Under the pieces are notes generated by a model. The model was not told where the DNA came from, did no database searches, and was given only the letters and a program-made list of their open reading frames with translations. From Octopus sinensis (taxonomy: Eukaryota), in contig NC_043003.1 in the NCBI RefSeq assembly GCF_006345805.1, positions 64,480,001 through 64,544,000 on the forward strand: a DNA stretch of 64,000 nt, given 5' to 3'. Each line of letters starts with the position of its first letter. The stretch's first letter is position 1. Below are positions 1 to 13,545 of the stretch, one piece after another. The position numbers and the translations under genes are program-made.

Positions 1-607
1 ATATCATACCTTGTAGTGGGTAGCGATTTTCTTCATTACTTCAGGGAGTGACGACCCTGCCTAATACAAGTCCCGGCCTCAGCTGGCTCCGGCTGACAGT
101 ACCCGGTATGGGCCCCTATCCAGGGTTACGGAAAGGAGACAACCTTCAAAGAAATCCGGAGTGGAGCCCCGTAGGCGGTTTAGTGTTCGACTCGATACTC
201 TTCCGGCAGCTCCTGCAACCAAGCTGGTGCCAAACGTAATGCTCTGCACTCCTTTAAACTATGTCAGCAAGGTTGAGAGGGGAATCCTGACGATTAGTCT
301 ACCCAGGATGTTCTTACATCTAGCCCAGGCCTGTGCAAAACTGGAGAGGAAACTAGAGAGGACAGGAAATGTAAAAACCAGACTGGATTAGTTTATGCGC
401 AACTCTCCTGAGACAAAAGGATGCCAACAACAACCTTGATACTGTGTGGACTAAGATCTCCGATGACATACCACTGGTGTTTATAGAGTGTTGAACACTT
501 TCGGTATGCAAATTAGGGACTCCTTCATAGAGTAACTGGTGCATTTGTTGAGTATATAAACAGTTTGGCTGCTTGTTTCTCTGGAGACTGTCAGAATGAT
601 GTAGGCG

Positions 608-648
608 CCTCCGATGAGAATCCAATAAGGTTCAAAAATCGATTAAGG
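608..648 (+). ncRNA. Degenerate type I hammerhead ribozyme motif
   Basis: CCT-CCGATGA-GAATCC/AATAA/GGTTC-AAAA-ATCGAT-TA-AGG. Stems I and II and a palindromic stem III are present, but the core has U4C and G12A changes. Confidence 0.4.
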
Positions 649-799
649 TTGTTCATCCGTTTTTTTTTTCAGAGAAGTGGCTAAAATTTGCCCTGTTTAT
701 AATTATACCATGTGTTATACACACACACACCACACACACATACATATATATATATATATAAATATACATACTTACAAGTATGTTTGCATATATGTATGT

Positions 800-985
800 A
801 CGTATAGGTGTGTATGTTTATATGTGTGTTTTTCCCACACCGATTGACAACTGGTGTTGCTTTGTTAGCAAAAGAGGCCGATAGAATAAATGCCTGACTA
901 TAAAATGTACTGGGGTTGATTTGTGAGACTAAACCCTTCAAAGCGGTGCTCCAGCAAGGCTGCGGTCCCTTGACTGAAACAATTA
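800..985 (+). mobile_element. SINE family B, 3' tail fragment
   Basis: Matches the tail shared by copies at 11655, 23105 and 60202 (ttgacaac..., gcggtgctccagc..., gactgaaac). Confidence 0.75.
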
Positions 986-1169
986 AAATATAAAAGATAC
1001 TATCTTAGATTGTTCAATGTATCTTTTATTTTTTTAGATGACAAAACATTTTTTTAAGGGGAAATTTAGCTGCTATTTTTATCCCGTCGAGCAGCCATGT
1101 ATTAACTATTTCGTTCAACTGTGAATGATTTGTATATTAATGTTGAACAGCTGCATGGCCACAAGTGCA

Positions 1170-1490
1170 GACATGTGCATTCTGTATTTTCTTTTCCTGA
1201 GGCTACATTGTCTCACATGTCCTCCGTAGGACAGTCTACCGTATATGCACAGTTTGTAGCTAATTGCTGTGGTTTCGTCCAGTTTACGTTGAGGTTTTGT
1301 GTAGCTTATAGATACGTGCTGTAGCAAAGACAGCAACCAATCGACCATATTTTCGTGTCCCGCGATAAAAAGAGAGAAATCTACCCATACCCCTATATGG
1401 TGTTTCCAGAACACTGGAGAAACTAAATGAATATCGTAGGTTGGGCTCCGAGATAAAAGGATTATAGAACAGAAAATTAAGAGCTTCCAA
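1170..1490 (+). mobile_element. Highly decayed R4/Dong-like LINE C-terminal (zinc knuckle/RLE) fragment
   Basis: Frameshifted pieces TNRP..IFVSRDKKRE and LEKLNEYRRLGSEIKGL resemble NRPDIVVRD and EKLSKYKDLEIEV of the copy at 18716-19069. Confidence 0.4.
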
Positions 1491-1515
1491 TTGTTTTTGA
1501 AACTCACACATAGCT

Positions 1516-1550
<35 letters not shown>

Positions 1551-1857
1551 AAAAATTCATTTGATGTATTTAGTTGCTCCCAAGTAAAACTGCGTTGTAA
1601 ACAGTTGATAAATATGGCGCTCTTGGTAACTGTGACTATATTGAGAAAGTTTATATTAAAAAAAAAAGATAAAGTTTAGGTCACATGTTTAGATTCAGTT
1701 ACTCTCGGCAAAGACAGGTTTAGAGGCCATGGAATGAGAATAATAGCATTAACAGCATCTCTACCACAACCATAACCACCACCACCATCATCACTCCTCC
1801 TCCCCCTCCTCCTCCTACTACTACTACTAATAATAATAATAATGATTCCAAATTTTT

Positions 1858-2431
1858 CCACAAGGGCAGCAATTTTTGGGGAGGGGATGTGTCGATTACA
1901 TCGAACCAGTATTCAACTGGTACTTATTTTATCGACCCCGGAAGGATGAAAGGTAAAATCAACCTCGGCGGAATTTGAACTCAGAACGCAGCGGCAAACG
2001 AAATACTAAGCATTTCGCCAGACTTACAACCGATTCTTTTCTACTCTAGGCACAAAGCCGGAAATTTTGGGGGAAGGGGCCAGTCGATTAGATCGACCCC
2101 AGTTCGCAACTGGTACTTAATTTATCGACCCCGAATGGATGAAAGGCAAAGTCGACCTCGGCGGAATTTGAACTTAGAATATATAGACAGACGAAATACC
2201 TATTTCTTTACTACCCATAAGGGGCTAAACATAGAGTGGACAAACAAGGACAGACAAACGGATTAAGTCGATTATATCGACCCCAGTGTGTAACTGGTAC
2301 TTAATTTATCGACCCCGAAAGGATGAAAGGCAAAGTCGACCTCGGCGGAATTTGAACTCAGAACGTAACGGCAGACGAAATACGGCTACGCATTTCGCCC
2401 GGCGTGCTAACGTTTCTGCCAGCTCGCCGCC
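1858..2431 (-). mobile_element. SINE family A cluster: truncated copy plus headed dimer
   Basis: tRNA-like head (GGCAGAAACGTTAGC box A-like, GAGTTCAAATTCC box B) and central GCCTTTCATCCTTTCGGGGTCGATAAA-AGTACCAG domain, present three times. Confidence 0.9.
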
Positions 2432-2637
2432 GCGCAAAGAGAGACCTTGTGAGACTTCTGATAACTGGTTGCCGTCCGCTCTCACAGAATCAACCAGAGC
2501 AAACAAGATCGATAAGCCGAGAAACTCTGAGAAGTAAAATAATAATAATAATTGCTAGTCCTTTTCTTTCGCTGTAAAGATCATGTGAAATGGTTGAAGT
2601 AACAAATACCTCGCTTTCTCATATTTATCTTCACTCA

Positions 2638-2643
2638 TGTTAC

Positions 2644-2679
<36 letters not shown>

Positions 2680-2802
2680 CACCACCACCACCACCACCAC
2701 CGCCGCCGCCGCCGCGCCGCCGGCCGCCGCCACCACCACCACCACCACCACCGCCACCACCACCACCGCGCCGCCGCCACCACCACCACCACCACCACCA
2801 CC

Positions 2803-2834
<32 letters not shown>

Positions 2835-2877
2835 ACTACTACTACCACCACCGCCGCGCCGCGCCGCCGCCACCACC

Positions 2878-2938
<61 letters not shown>

Positions 2939-2940
2939 TA
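2638..2940. repeat. Compound trinucleotide microsatellite (TAC)n/(CAC)n/(CGC)n
   Basis: Directly visible. It explains the poly-Y/H/T/P ORFs at 2590-3120. Confidence 0.95.
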
Positions 2941-3261
2941 TGCTGTTGCTGCTACAACCACAGAATAGCTCATATTACCAACGGTTCTAGATTATGTAAA
3001 CGAGCGGGGAGTTTGTCGTCCTACACATGTTTTAATGTATACATATGCAGACCGCCCAAGTTTCAGCGCTGTATAAAATATGTTGTAAAGATCAAGATGA
3101 TCATGTCATTAGGTAGGTGAGTGAATTTATTTATTTGAATACATAACGGCAAGATATCTGATGAATTATATAAAAATCCTTAGCAGTAGCGAAGTCATTA
3201 ATTTCTTAATATACTGAAATCAAAATCTCCCTAACACAGCCAAACGTTTGTTACACACTGT

Positions 3262-3621
3262 GTGGAAGCACTCCGTCGGTAACGACGATGAGGCTTCCGG
3301 TTGATCCGATCAACGGAACAGCCTGCTCGTGAAATTAACGTGTAAGTGGCTGAGCACTCCACAGACACGTGTACCCTTAACGTAGTTCTCGGGGATATTC
3401 AGCGTGACACAGAGAGTGACAAGGCCGGCCCTTTGAAATACAGGTACATCAGAAACAGGAAGTAAGAGTGAGAGAAAGTTGTGGTGAAAGAGTACAGTAG
3501 GGATCACCACCATCCCTGCCGGAGACTCGTGGAGCTTTAGGTGTTTTCGCTCAATAAACACTCACAACGCCCGGTCTGGAAATCGAAACCGCTGCCCTAA
3601 CCACTGGGCCATTGCGCCTCC
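3262..3621 (-). mobile_element. SINE family C (tRNA-derived), full length
   Basis: Head GGAGGCGCAATGGCCCAGTGGTTAGGG...TTTCGATTTCC. Near-identical to 54174-54558. 10-bp TSD TGTTACACAC (3249-3258 / 3622-3631). Confidence 0.9.
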
Positions 3622-4876
3622 TGTTACACACACACACACGTGTATATATATATATATATATCTATCTATCTATATATCTATATATATATATACAAAATCT
3701 AGAAGAATGACCACTAAAGTGGACACCCTTTATGCTAAACATAGACGTCAAATTGCCATTACCACGAAGAATGTGTTCTCAAGAAAAATCTCAGCAAAAA
3801 AACCAAAATGTAAAAATAAGCAAGACAAATGAAAATATACGAAATAAAAAACGATTACCTACGTACCATTGGTTTCACTTGTTAATATTTACGTATATGA
3901 ACACGTAAATATCTGCAAGATCGTCAGCATGGTCTGTCGTTTACAAAACATAATTTCCAGAACTAGATACAGAACGCTCAAACGAAATCGAGCATGTATA
4001 AATTATATATGTGCTTGTGTTTGTGTGTGTGTGTGTGTGGTGTGTGTGTGTGTGTGTGTGTGTGTACGGAGTTTCTTAAGCGATTTGGTCTTTTGTTGGG
4101 TTTTTGTGGGGCGTTCAATCTGCAAAGCTCTGGTTGGGCTTGGGGTTTGTTACTGCTGTAGCAAAGAGGAGGACTATAAATTACATCATTGAAACAGCAG
4201 AAACACCAGAGAAGGCCATTCGGTGACTTTAGATAAAAAGGGAAGACCTGTGGTTCACCGTTATTGGAACGCAAGTTAGGACTTGATCAACCTCGACTGG
4301 GTCGATAAGGTGAGGAACCTGATGTTGAAAGGCCCGAAACCCTCTAAGACCCAAGATATAATGATGTATCCTAGAGCATCCATGAGATGTGTCTTAGAAC
4401 AAATTGCAGATATGGTTGCACACGAATTCTGAGAAGTGGATCACAACTATTTTCGGAGTCAACATTAGGTCATGTGGTATATTTTCTTTTGAGTTTGCAT
4501 TGTTTTCTGTTCATTATTAGTGTTTTTATTATGTATTCTTTGTCTCAAACAATCTGCTTTGATACTTTTCTTTGGTTTTGAAAATGTACCTTCGTAAAAT
4601 AGCTAGATAGTGGGGTCCAGAATTACATTTAGGTCCAGGTTATTTTCTCTCCAAATTTTATTAGAGCAAATTTTCGTATGTTTTCTTTGGGGTGGTAGTG
4701 GCAGAGTATATTTTAAAATATTTTTCTTGGGCCCAAAGACTTTTAAAACCAATTACCCGTATAAGTCACTGAGATCACAATATTTCCCCGAATGGAATGC
4801 TGATGCAGGGTTCGAAGCCAGAATTTGAATGGAACAAGTTGATTAAATCGACTCCAGTACTTGACTGGTACTTTAA

Positions 4877-5120
4877 GGTGGCGAGCTGGCAGAAACGTTA
4901 GCACACCGGGCGAAATGCTTAACGGTATTTCGTCTGCCGTTACGTTCTAAGTTCAAATTCCGCCGAGGTCAACTTTGCTTTTCATCCTTTCGAGGTCGAT
5001 TAAATAAGTACCAGTTACGCACCGGGGTCGATATAATCGACTTAATCCGTTTGTCTGTCCTTGTTTGTCCCCTCTGTGTTTAGCCCCTTGTGGGTAGTAA
5101 AGAAATAGGTATTTCGTCTG
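4877..5120 (+). mobile_element. SINE family A, full monomer
   Basis: Head, box B and central domain are present; ends ...AAAGAAATAGGTATTTCGTCTG. Confidence 0.9.
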
Positions 5121-5149
5121 CTGCAAGTACCTACCATCCAGGCCCCCAG

Positions 5150-5610
5150 ACCCACAAGCATTTACAAATCCACTTTTAAGGTAGACATGCTACTTACTTT
5201 TGTTGAGAAGAACGGGTAATAAGATGGTAACAACAAGGTCCTTGAAAGCTTCTCTAAAAGTGGGTTTTGCGAAGTAACAGGATCCTGAAAATGAGACCTA
5301 ACCGCTACTTTACGTGAACTTTCTAACGATTTTCTTAGTTTCCAAGAGTGTCATATTCAACAATTGCTCTGTGTAGTTTGTCTGGTTGTTCTGCCAAACT
5401 AATTATTAAATGTTTTTTTATGGTACTGAATGTTCTAATAACAAATGGAAGTTCCTATCATGCTGCTCCACAACATTTTGATCTCGAAATCCAACCCACG
5501 ATATTTATTTATATTCTCAAGTTTCTGGGACCACCATATTAACGAATAGACAGAGGCTTGTCTTTTTATTGTAGGTTACTATTTCTGGTCAATTGGGTGT
5601 TGTCATAAAA
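5150..5610 (-). mobile_element. Decayed R4/Dong-like LINE 3' end (RLE domain and 3' UTR)
   Basis: Minus-strand pieces N*PEIVTYNKKTSLCLFVNMVVP, NINKYRGLDFEIKMLW and a ..LGTKKIVRKF-like terminus parallel the RLE of the young copy. Confidence 0.55.
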
Positions 5611-6079
5611 ACTTTATTGATATTCATATGCAACATGGAAATTATATCACTGATATTTGTGATCGTAGGTGGTATGTTGAAGAGTTTATACCATTATTTG
5701 ATTTGTTAAAAAATAGTAAGTAAATCTCCCTCAATTCATACCCTGCTGTCATATCGAAGGGAAGAAAACTCCGGAATATTATAGTCTTAGATAAATTGTG
5801 GATAAACTAACGAAGGGATGGTCACGGCTTTGAACATAAGTTTGCTGAATCATAATTCACTTATGTTCAAGTCTTTAATGCGTTCTGTTTGATAAAATAA
5901 AGGGCTGGAGATGAGGGTCGGTGATATCGCCTAAAATCTCGCCTAGAAATTTACTGGTTTTGAATCAATAAAGAGCGAGGAAAATTGTGTTCGAACCAGT
6001 ACCGAGGAACTGGACGGTGAAAATATCCTCTAAAAGTTTGGTCTTTTGATGTATAAATATTGACTTCACATTTTTGAAC

Positions 6080-6262
6080 AATGCTTGCAATTTCGGGTGA
6101 GGGGGGTATATCGATATCATCCACCCTAGTGCTGAACTGGTACCTATTTTATCGACCCCGAAAGGATGAACGACAAAGCTGAACACAACAGGATTTGAAC
6201 TCAGAACATGAAGACGGATGAAATGCCGCTAAGCATTTTGCCCGACGAGGTAACGATTCTAC
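6080..6262 (-). mobile_element. SINE family A, diverged copy
   Basis: atcgaccccgaaaggatgaa...ggatttgaactcagaac...gctaagcattttgccc. Confidence 0.8.
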
Positions 6263-6755
6263 CATAGACATAGTGTCTGTGAGGCAATGGGCTTTGTGTG
6301 TCGTTGTGTTGTGTCTTTATGAAATGACTGAATAGCCTTGGACAGGGAAGGATATTTGTGTGTGCAACAGTATCACAGTTCTAGAAATCTGTAATATTCA
6401 TAAAATTGATTTGTAAAGCAGGCAAAAGGCCACAATCTTGTTTTAGCTGGGAAGGGAATAGGTTAGTAATTGGGGGTATGATCAAATGGTCAGTAGAATT
6501 AACTGAAATACTTACAATTGTTTACTTTATTGATATTCAGAAGAATGAAAGGCAAGAGCCATCATGGGTCTTTTTGAATTTATAATGTAAAAGGTCTTAA
6601 ACTAAATACAGAAAATAACGTGTCTGTTGCTCTACTGATGCTGCTCATCAATTGCTGGTTCCTTAATATTGATTTCTAGCATAACATATAAGATATGAAT
6701 TTAGAGGGAGAATATATTCTCTTATACCTAAAACGCCGCTGATCCACGAACTAAC

Positions 6756-6840
<85 letters not shown>

Positions 6841-6882
6841 CGAAACTGCTAGGACATTCGGACATTGACTGAGGATGTTCCG

Positions 6883-6918
<36 letters not shown>

Positions 6919-6949
6919 ACTACGTATGTATATGTGTGTATTTGTCCCT

Positions 6950-7115
6950 CTAACTGGTGTTTGTACATCCTGGTAACGCAACGGTTCGGCAAAAGGGGAT
7001 CGATGGAATGAATGCCAGACTTAAAAAGTAAATACTAGAGTAGATTTTTTTTGTACAAACCCTTCAAGATGGTGATCCAGTATGGCCGCAATCTAATGAT
7101 TGAAACCAGTGAAAG
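6950..7115 (+). mobile_element. SINE family B tail fragment
   Basis: cggttcggcaaaa...gtgatccagtatggccgcaatctaatgattgaaac. Confidence 0.7.
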
Positions 7116-7553
7116 ATACGAAAACGAAGAAGCACTTTACCTATTCGGCCAATCATGCTTGTTCTTCTCAATGTTAAGTAGATTTATAACCAATTAAAAT
7201 AACGTCACAATTCTAGAATGCATAGAGTTGAAAGAAATAACATAACGAGGTTATATAGCAAAGCCGTGTCTTCTTAATTAGTGACAGGAAAAGCGCATTT
7301 TTGCCTCATCTCATCTTTTTTTTTCTTATTAAAAAAATTTCACTGCATTGGTGTTCAAATTGACACTGATTTTAGTTGCTTCTGTTGTCGAACTTTAGCT
7401 TACACAGGATGTTGAAGGGTCGCATGCCTTTTAGAGGAAGTCATTAAAAATTGCGGATACTATTATTACAACTTACTATGGTCAGCTGTCTATATATTAA
7501 ATATAAGCAGTTAATGATAAGAGTGCGAGTGCGTGTGTGTGTGCATAGATACT

Positions 7554-7612
<59 letters not shown>

Positions 7613-7881
7613 GTCTGTGTGTGTGGAGAGAGAGAGCGAGAGAGAGAAAGAGAAAGGGAGAGAGAAATAGCGATATATTCATGCATAGAAATTTACAATT
7701 ACAAGCTATTAGCGGAATAATTAAGTTGTGTAAAACATCCCAGAAGTTTAACTTGCGGTATATACACAAACACGTATTGACTTACAATCATATGCACACA
7801 TACAAAATCTTAAACATACATATACATACACGCAATGACATATAAACATACAAACACATTGTGCATATGTATATGTGTGTG

Positions 7882-7915
<34 letters not shown>

Positions 7916-8095
7916 TAGATATATTTACGTATGTATGTTTATGTGTGTCTATTTATCTATCTATCTCCATATATATATCCACGTATATAACCATTACGCA
8001 TTTTCCCTCGTTGGTGATGTCCTGTACTTAATGTGCATTTAAAAAATTTATAATCGAATGCCACGCAGTCTTGTCCACAGTAAGTTATTACATTT

Positions 8096-8129
<34 letters not shown>

Positions 8130-8131
<2 letters not shown>

Positions 8132-8189
8132 GACGGGCTTCTTTCAGTTTTCCATCTACCAAATCCACTCACAAGGCTTTGGTCTCCCG

Positions 8190-8255
<66 letters not shown>

Positions 8256-8490
8256 GTATGTATGTATATATATATATGTTTGTGCGTCTGTGTTTGAGCC
8301 CAACTATCGCTTGACAACCGATGTTGATATGTTTACGTCCCAGTTACATAGCGGTTCAGCAAAATAGACCGATAGAATAAGTACTAGGCTTACAAAGAAT
8401 AAGTCCTGGAGTCGATTTGTTCGACTAAAGGTTGTGCTCCAGCATAGCTGCACTCAAATAACCGAAACAAATAAAGAATAAAAGAATATA
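8130..8490. mobile_element. SINE family B fragments in opposite orientations joined by (CT)n/(TA)n
   Basis: cgacgggcttctttcagtttcc (minus-strand body) followed by a plus-strand tail ending aaagaataaaagaata. Confidence 0.75.
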
Positions 8491-9616
8491 TCTCCAATAT
8501 TATTCTCATTAAATTCCAATCCGACACGTGTTTCTGCTGGATAAGTGTCCTTAGTTATATATATATGAGTTATAACCTTTTAATTTTTTGAAAATAAACA
8601 ATTTCCTATATTAGAAACTGATGAATAATTTTATATAAATAGGAAAAATAACCTATTTAAGTATTTAAAAAAAAAACATCACTGAAGTAATTTAACACCA
8701 CTTTTGACCCAAATCATGCAAAATTCTAGCGGGGTTCATAATGCCTACTCAAGTTTTTACCAAACTTAGTGTGCTGACTTAATGCAATGCAGAAGCAGTA
8801 TATCTCAAACTTCAGCTTTTAAGTAGTTCAGGAGTTATAGAGTTTTTAAATTATTACCACTTAGGCTCTACTTTAGGAGATATCCTCTCGCTCTCCTTTT
8901 TATTTTTGTAATGCTAAAAACTCTGACTATATTAACTGTTTTTCAGAATAGTGGGCTTATCCAACTAGTGTATCTAAAATAATGTCTCAAATTAGAAGTG
9001 TTTGTATCACTCAAAGAAACAAAAAAAATCTGGACGAAGAATCTCGTGCAATTTCAAGACTCACATAGGAAACGAAGACCTGTTCCTCTTGAAGAGCATT
9101 CTTTGGAAAAAACTGCAGGAACCAATGAAACTTCAAATTGTCGGTCGCTACCTGTTCCTTGGAGGTGCCAGCAAAGGAAGGAAAGAAAGAAGAAAGGAAA
9201 TTTCGAAAGAAGTAACACACACATATATTTACATAAAGTTAAATCTATGCCCGGTCATAGATTGACGAATTGTTTGGTTTCACATCCAAAAAGTGCTTAG
9301 CTTTGCAGACGACTCGTCAGTGCATCATGGATGCGAGACCATTGGTCATTCTATAACTGGACATATATTCAACTTGCACGTAAATATATTCCTGCTCTAA
9401 TGTTTTAGAGTAGGCTTCTTTTTCGGATATATGAACTATTGACCAATATGCACACACATGCATATATACATGCATACATATAGATATATACTATCATACA
9501 CATTTATACATACATGTGTCATACAGAAATTTCAGAAATTCATATCAACATATAAGTCTGTGTTTGTGTGTGTGTGCGTGATCTCTCTCTCTCTCTCTCT
9601 CTCTACATAATACACT

Positions 9617-9651
<35 letters not shown>

Positions 9652-9684
9652 GTGTGTGTGTGTATATATATGTATATATGTATG

Positions 9685-9716
<32 letters not shown>

Positions 9717-10574
9717 AATGTATATCTATCTATTAATGTGCGTGTGAGTGTGTGTATGCATATACGTGTACACACACACACACACACACACACTTATACA
9801 AACACACACACACTTATACAAACACACACACACTTATACAAACACACACACACACACACATACGCACTCTAGTACCACGAGTTTATATATACACATATGT
9901 GCAACCGTGATTTATGCAAATATACCATTTGCAGCCAGTTGCTGGTAACAGCTTCAGATTTTGCCCGTCATATTAAATTAAATAAATTTACATCACATGA
10001 AATATGGCGGCAGTAATGTTGGCTGGCGTTATTTGAATGGCCGCGCTGGCTAGAAAAATGTTGTAGACAAGAACTATTCATGCATATGTATATCTTGCAA
10101 TCAAACACACTGCGGTACTGTTCACCCGTACGTCTGCAATGTTGCTGTTGCTATGACTGCGTCAGTGTGTGTGTGTGTGTGTGTGGTGTGTGTGTGTTTC
10201 AGATGTTATATTTGTTTTTATCGTTGTTGCTGTTGGTAGTGGTGGTGGTGGTGGTGGTGGTGGTTGTGATGGTGGCGGTGAAAGTACAAAGTTGGAGCGT
10301 GCTCACGTTGAGCGAATGTCTTCTGCGTAACTATTCTGTGAGACAACAGTAGCATTGGTGATGGTTGCAGTAGTGGTGGTGGTGTTTGTTGCAGTAGTAA
10401 TGATTGTAGTCATAGTAGAAGTAGTAGTAGTATCAGCAGCAGTAGTAGTAGTAGAAGCGATTTCTTGATTAACTAATTAGGTTTTATGCGATAAACGAAC
10501 TTACAACCGATATTCTTCAAACCAATAGTAATAATAATAATAATAACAATAATAATAATTAGGATAACTAATAA

Positions 10575-10940
10575 CCCTTTCTACAATAGGCAAACGGCCT
10601 GGATTTTGTGGGGAGGGGGACAGTCGATCACATCGACCCCAGTACCAACTGGTACGTAATTTATTGACCCCGAAAGGATGAAAGTTGACCTCGGTGGAAT
10701 TTGAACTCACTAATAGTTAATAATGGTAATAATAATTTCAAACTTTGGCACAAGGCCAGCAGTTTCCGAGATGAGATAAGTTAGTATCATCAATCCCAGT
10801 GCTCGACTGGGGTTGATGATATTTTATCGACTCTGAAATAATGAAAAGCAAAGTCGACTTCGGTGGAATTTGAACTCAGAACGTAAAGACGAGTGAAATG
10901 CCGCTAAGAATTTAGTCCAGGGCGGTAACGATTCTGATAT
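10575..10940 (-). mobile_element. Two tandem SINE family A copies beside (TAA)n
   Basis: The central domain and box B complement (ggaatttgaactca) occur twice. Confidence 0.8.
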
Positions 10941-11654
10941 TTCCCCGACTTAATAACATGAATTATAACAAAAGCAAAGAAAAAAAAGTTTAAACAAGAA
11001 AAAATCCCCCTAAAATGGGGGGTGACTTTAGAGGGTTATTCATGAAAACTCCACATAACCATGGCCACCACTGACCACTAGGGGTATGCTTTCTCCCTAC
11101 CCTTTCCACTTAATCCACTAGCGTATGCTGAGAGTAGTCCTTAAAATGTGAGACAAAAATGCTTGGTGGATTTCTTTCAACTCTTTATGTTCTGAGTTCA
11201 AATCTCACCGAAGTCAACTTGCTTTTCATCTTTCCAGGTCAATAAAATGAAGTACCAGTCAAGTAATCAGCTAACTCCACCTTCCCAAAGTTATGGCCCT
11301 GTGCTTACGTCAGAAAGAATTATTACTAATCTAGCGGTACCATTGCATAACTGAGTACAGCTTTGTGTACTTAAGATACTGTATATTTCGTTGTATTTAT
11401 GTTTATATAATATCAAATATATCCAACATCCTTGTTTCAAAACTTTTCCTCTTCCGCGATCCCGGCATGAACTTTCTTGTGACATGTAAGGTCATAAATG
11501 TCTATAAGTAATAACCAAATTTGACTCATCTCTGATCATATTAAACAAAATAAGATTATTAATAACAAACTAAGACTCAGAAAATATAAACAGTATAGAT
11601 ACAAGTTAGGTCCACTGATAATATTACTAAAGCGGAGAATATAATATAATATGA

Positions 11655-11996
11655 TATGGGCAAGTGTCTTCTGCTATAGCCCCGGGCCGACCAATGCCTT
11701 GTGAGTGAATTTGGTAGACGGAAACTGAAAGAAGCCTGTCGTATATATGTGTATATATATATATATGTGTGTGTTTGTGTGTCTGTATTTGTCCCCCTAG
11801 CATCACTTGACAACCGATGCTTGTGTGTTTACGTCCCCGTCACTTAGCGGTTCGGCAAAAAAGAGACCGATAGAATAAGTACTGGGCTTACAAAGAATAA
11901 GTCCCGGGGTCGAGTTGCTCGATTAAAGGCGGTGCTCCAGCATGGCCGCAGTCAAATGACTGAAAACAAGTAAAAGAGTAAAAGAGTAAAAGAGAG

Positions 11997-11998
<2 letters not shown>
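11655..11998 (+). mobile_element. SINE family B, 5'-truncated
   Basis: gggcaagtgtctt (CORE-like) body, internal (TA/TG)n and tail ending (AAAGAGT)n. Confidence 0.9.
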
Positions 11999-12047
<49 letters not shown>

Positions 12048-12744
12048 TATATCTTCTGTACGATGGGTGTGTTTGTTTCAGTGCAGTAAATCAAACTGTG
12101 GCTTTGATATTTGTCAGCGTTGTTCATAAGAGAAATTTTATGATCTTAATAGCTGAACAGAATAATTTTATCGTTATTGCCATTTTAAGATGTAAATTCA
12201 AACTCATGCATGTGGAAGAAAACGGCAGATGAGCGACTGTTGCGCATTCAGACACCATAAGGAATTATGTATGCATTTTGGTTCAGAAATTAAAAAGTTT
12301 ATTTGCTTGGTTTTGAAAATTCCCTCTGGTGACCTGAATTACACGATATTTCTGCATCTTCTTTTTAGGTCTCCATAAAAAGATGCTTTAGGTTTTCATT
12401 GCTGCAAATGCTTGGTGGGAAATAACTACGAGACTATTCTCTCCCCGCCCCCCATGCATATAAAATGCTCGACTACGTTCTTAAAGGAATTATTTACGCA
12501 GATATAATCCTCCTTTCATCCATCTTCTCTGCCCACTGTTCCTGAGTGGGTCGTGAGGATGGAATACTCAGGGCTCCACTTCCAAAGAGTCTTACTACAA
12601 ACCACCGTCATTACACTTTCCGGCTGGATTCGCAATCGTGACCAATTAAAATCATGGATATTATCTAACCATCTGGTTCTTGATTATACCCCTAGGTATC
12701 CTGCCGATTATCTCTCCTTCAAGAATCCGTTTTGTGATACTTTC

Positions 12745-12777
<33 letters not shown>

Positions 12778-13251
12778 GTGAGTGAGTGCGTCTGTATTTG
12801 TCGTACACACACTTTTTGACACCCGGTGCTGGTTTATTTACGTATACTGTAACTTAGTGATTCGGCCAAAGAAATCGACAGAATATATATCAGCGTTCAA
12901 AAAAAAAAAAAACCCACCAAAAAACACAAAGGCAAAACAAATACTGGGGCAAATTCTACAACAACTAAAACCCTACAACACTGTACCCCCATCATGCTCG
13001 ATAATTGGCGCCCGATAATTGGTGCAAGTCAAAGGTAAAGATCTATATTTTAAATACGTTCTTCTGAAGTTTTGAAGGAGGTATAACGCCAAAACTTCCC
13101 CTTTTCAGAAAACACGTATTTTTTTGTAAGTTTTTGTGTCGATCTTTTTGTTCTGCATTGTGAATGCAGTCATTACTTTGTCTTCCTGTATATATTTGCT
13201 AATAACTTAACTTCCTGTTAATATAATATAATGATTTGGAACAGCTTTTAT

Positions 13252-13545
13252 CAGTGGCGGACCGGGTCTAAAAATATTGGTTGCCAGGAGGCTAAGTGGG
13301 TTCAACCGCAATTACAAGGGGGACCACCTACAACTACAATGCTATCATTTAATTTTTTTTTGTTAAACGTATTCTTTTCAACTGTCTACAAACACAGCCA
13401 GGCTGAAATAATTAATGCATTCTTTCAGGAGTGAATAAAAATTTCTCAAACTTAGGTACTAAAATGGGCCCCCATATATGGATTCTAATGGCGTAGGGGA
13501 CCACTTGCCATCGGGAAAGCTGGCAACCTGGCCAGTCCGCCACTG
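13252..13545. mobile_element. hAT-type MITE, copy 1
   Basis: TIRs CAGTGGCGGAC(C)GG / CCAGTCCGCCACTG. Perfect 8-bp TSD GCTTTTAT (13244-13251 / 13546-13553). 8-bp TSDs are typical of hAT elements. Confidence 0.9.

Noticed and set aside
2286-2537. Recurrent ORF M(R/C)NWYLIYRPRKDERQSRPRRNLNSER (also 22227, 28821, 61232, 62915)
   Set aside because: Antisense reading of SINE family A; it recurs only because the SINE does.
2590-3120. 176-aa and overlapping ORFs (poly-Y/H/R/T/P)
   Set aside because: Translations of a trinucleotide microsatellite.
4320-4352. CTGATGTTGAAAGGCCCGAAACC, resembling a hammerhead
   Set aside because: A9 is missing, there is no 5' strand of stem II and no NUH site.
8998-9300. 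87-100-aa ORFs in non-repetitive sequence
   Set aside because: No recognisable motif, no splice support and weak starts.
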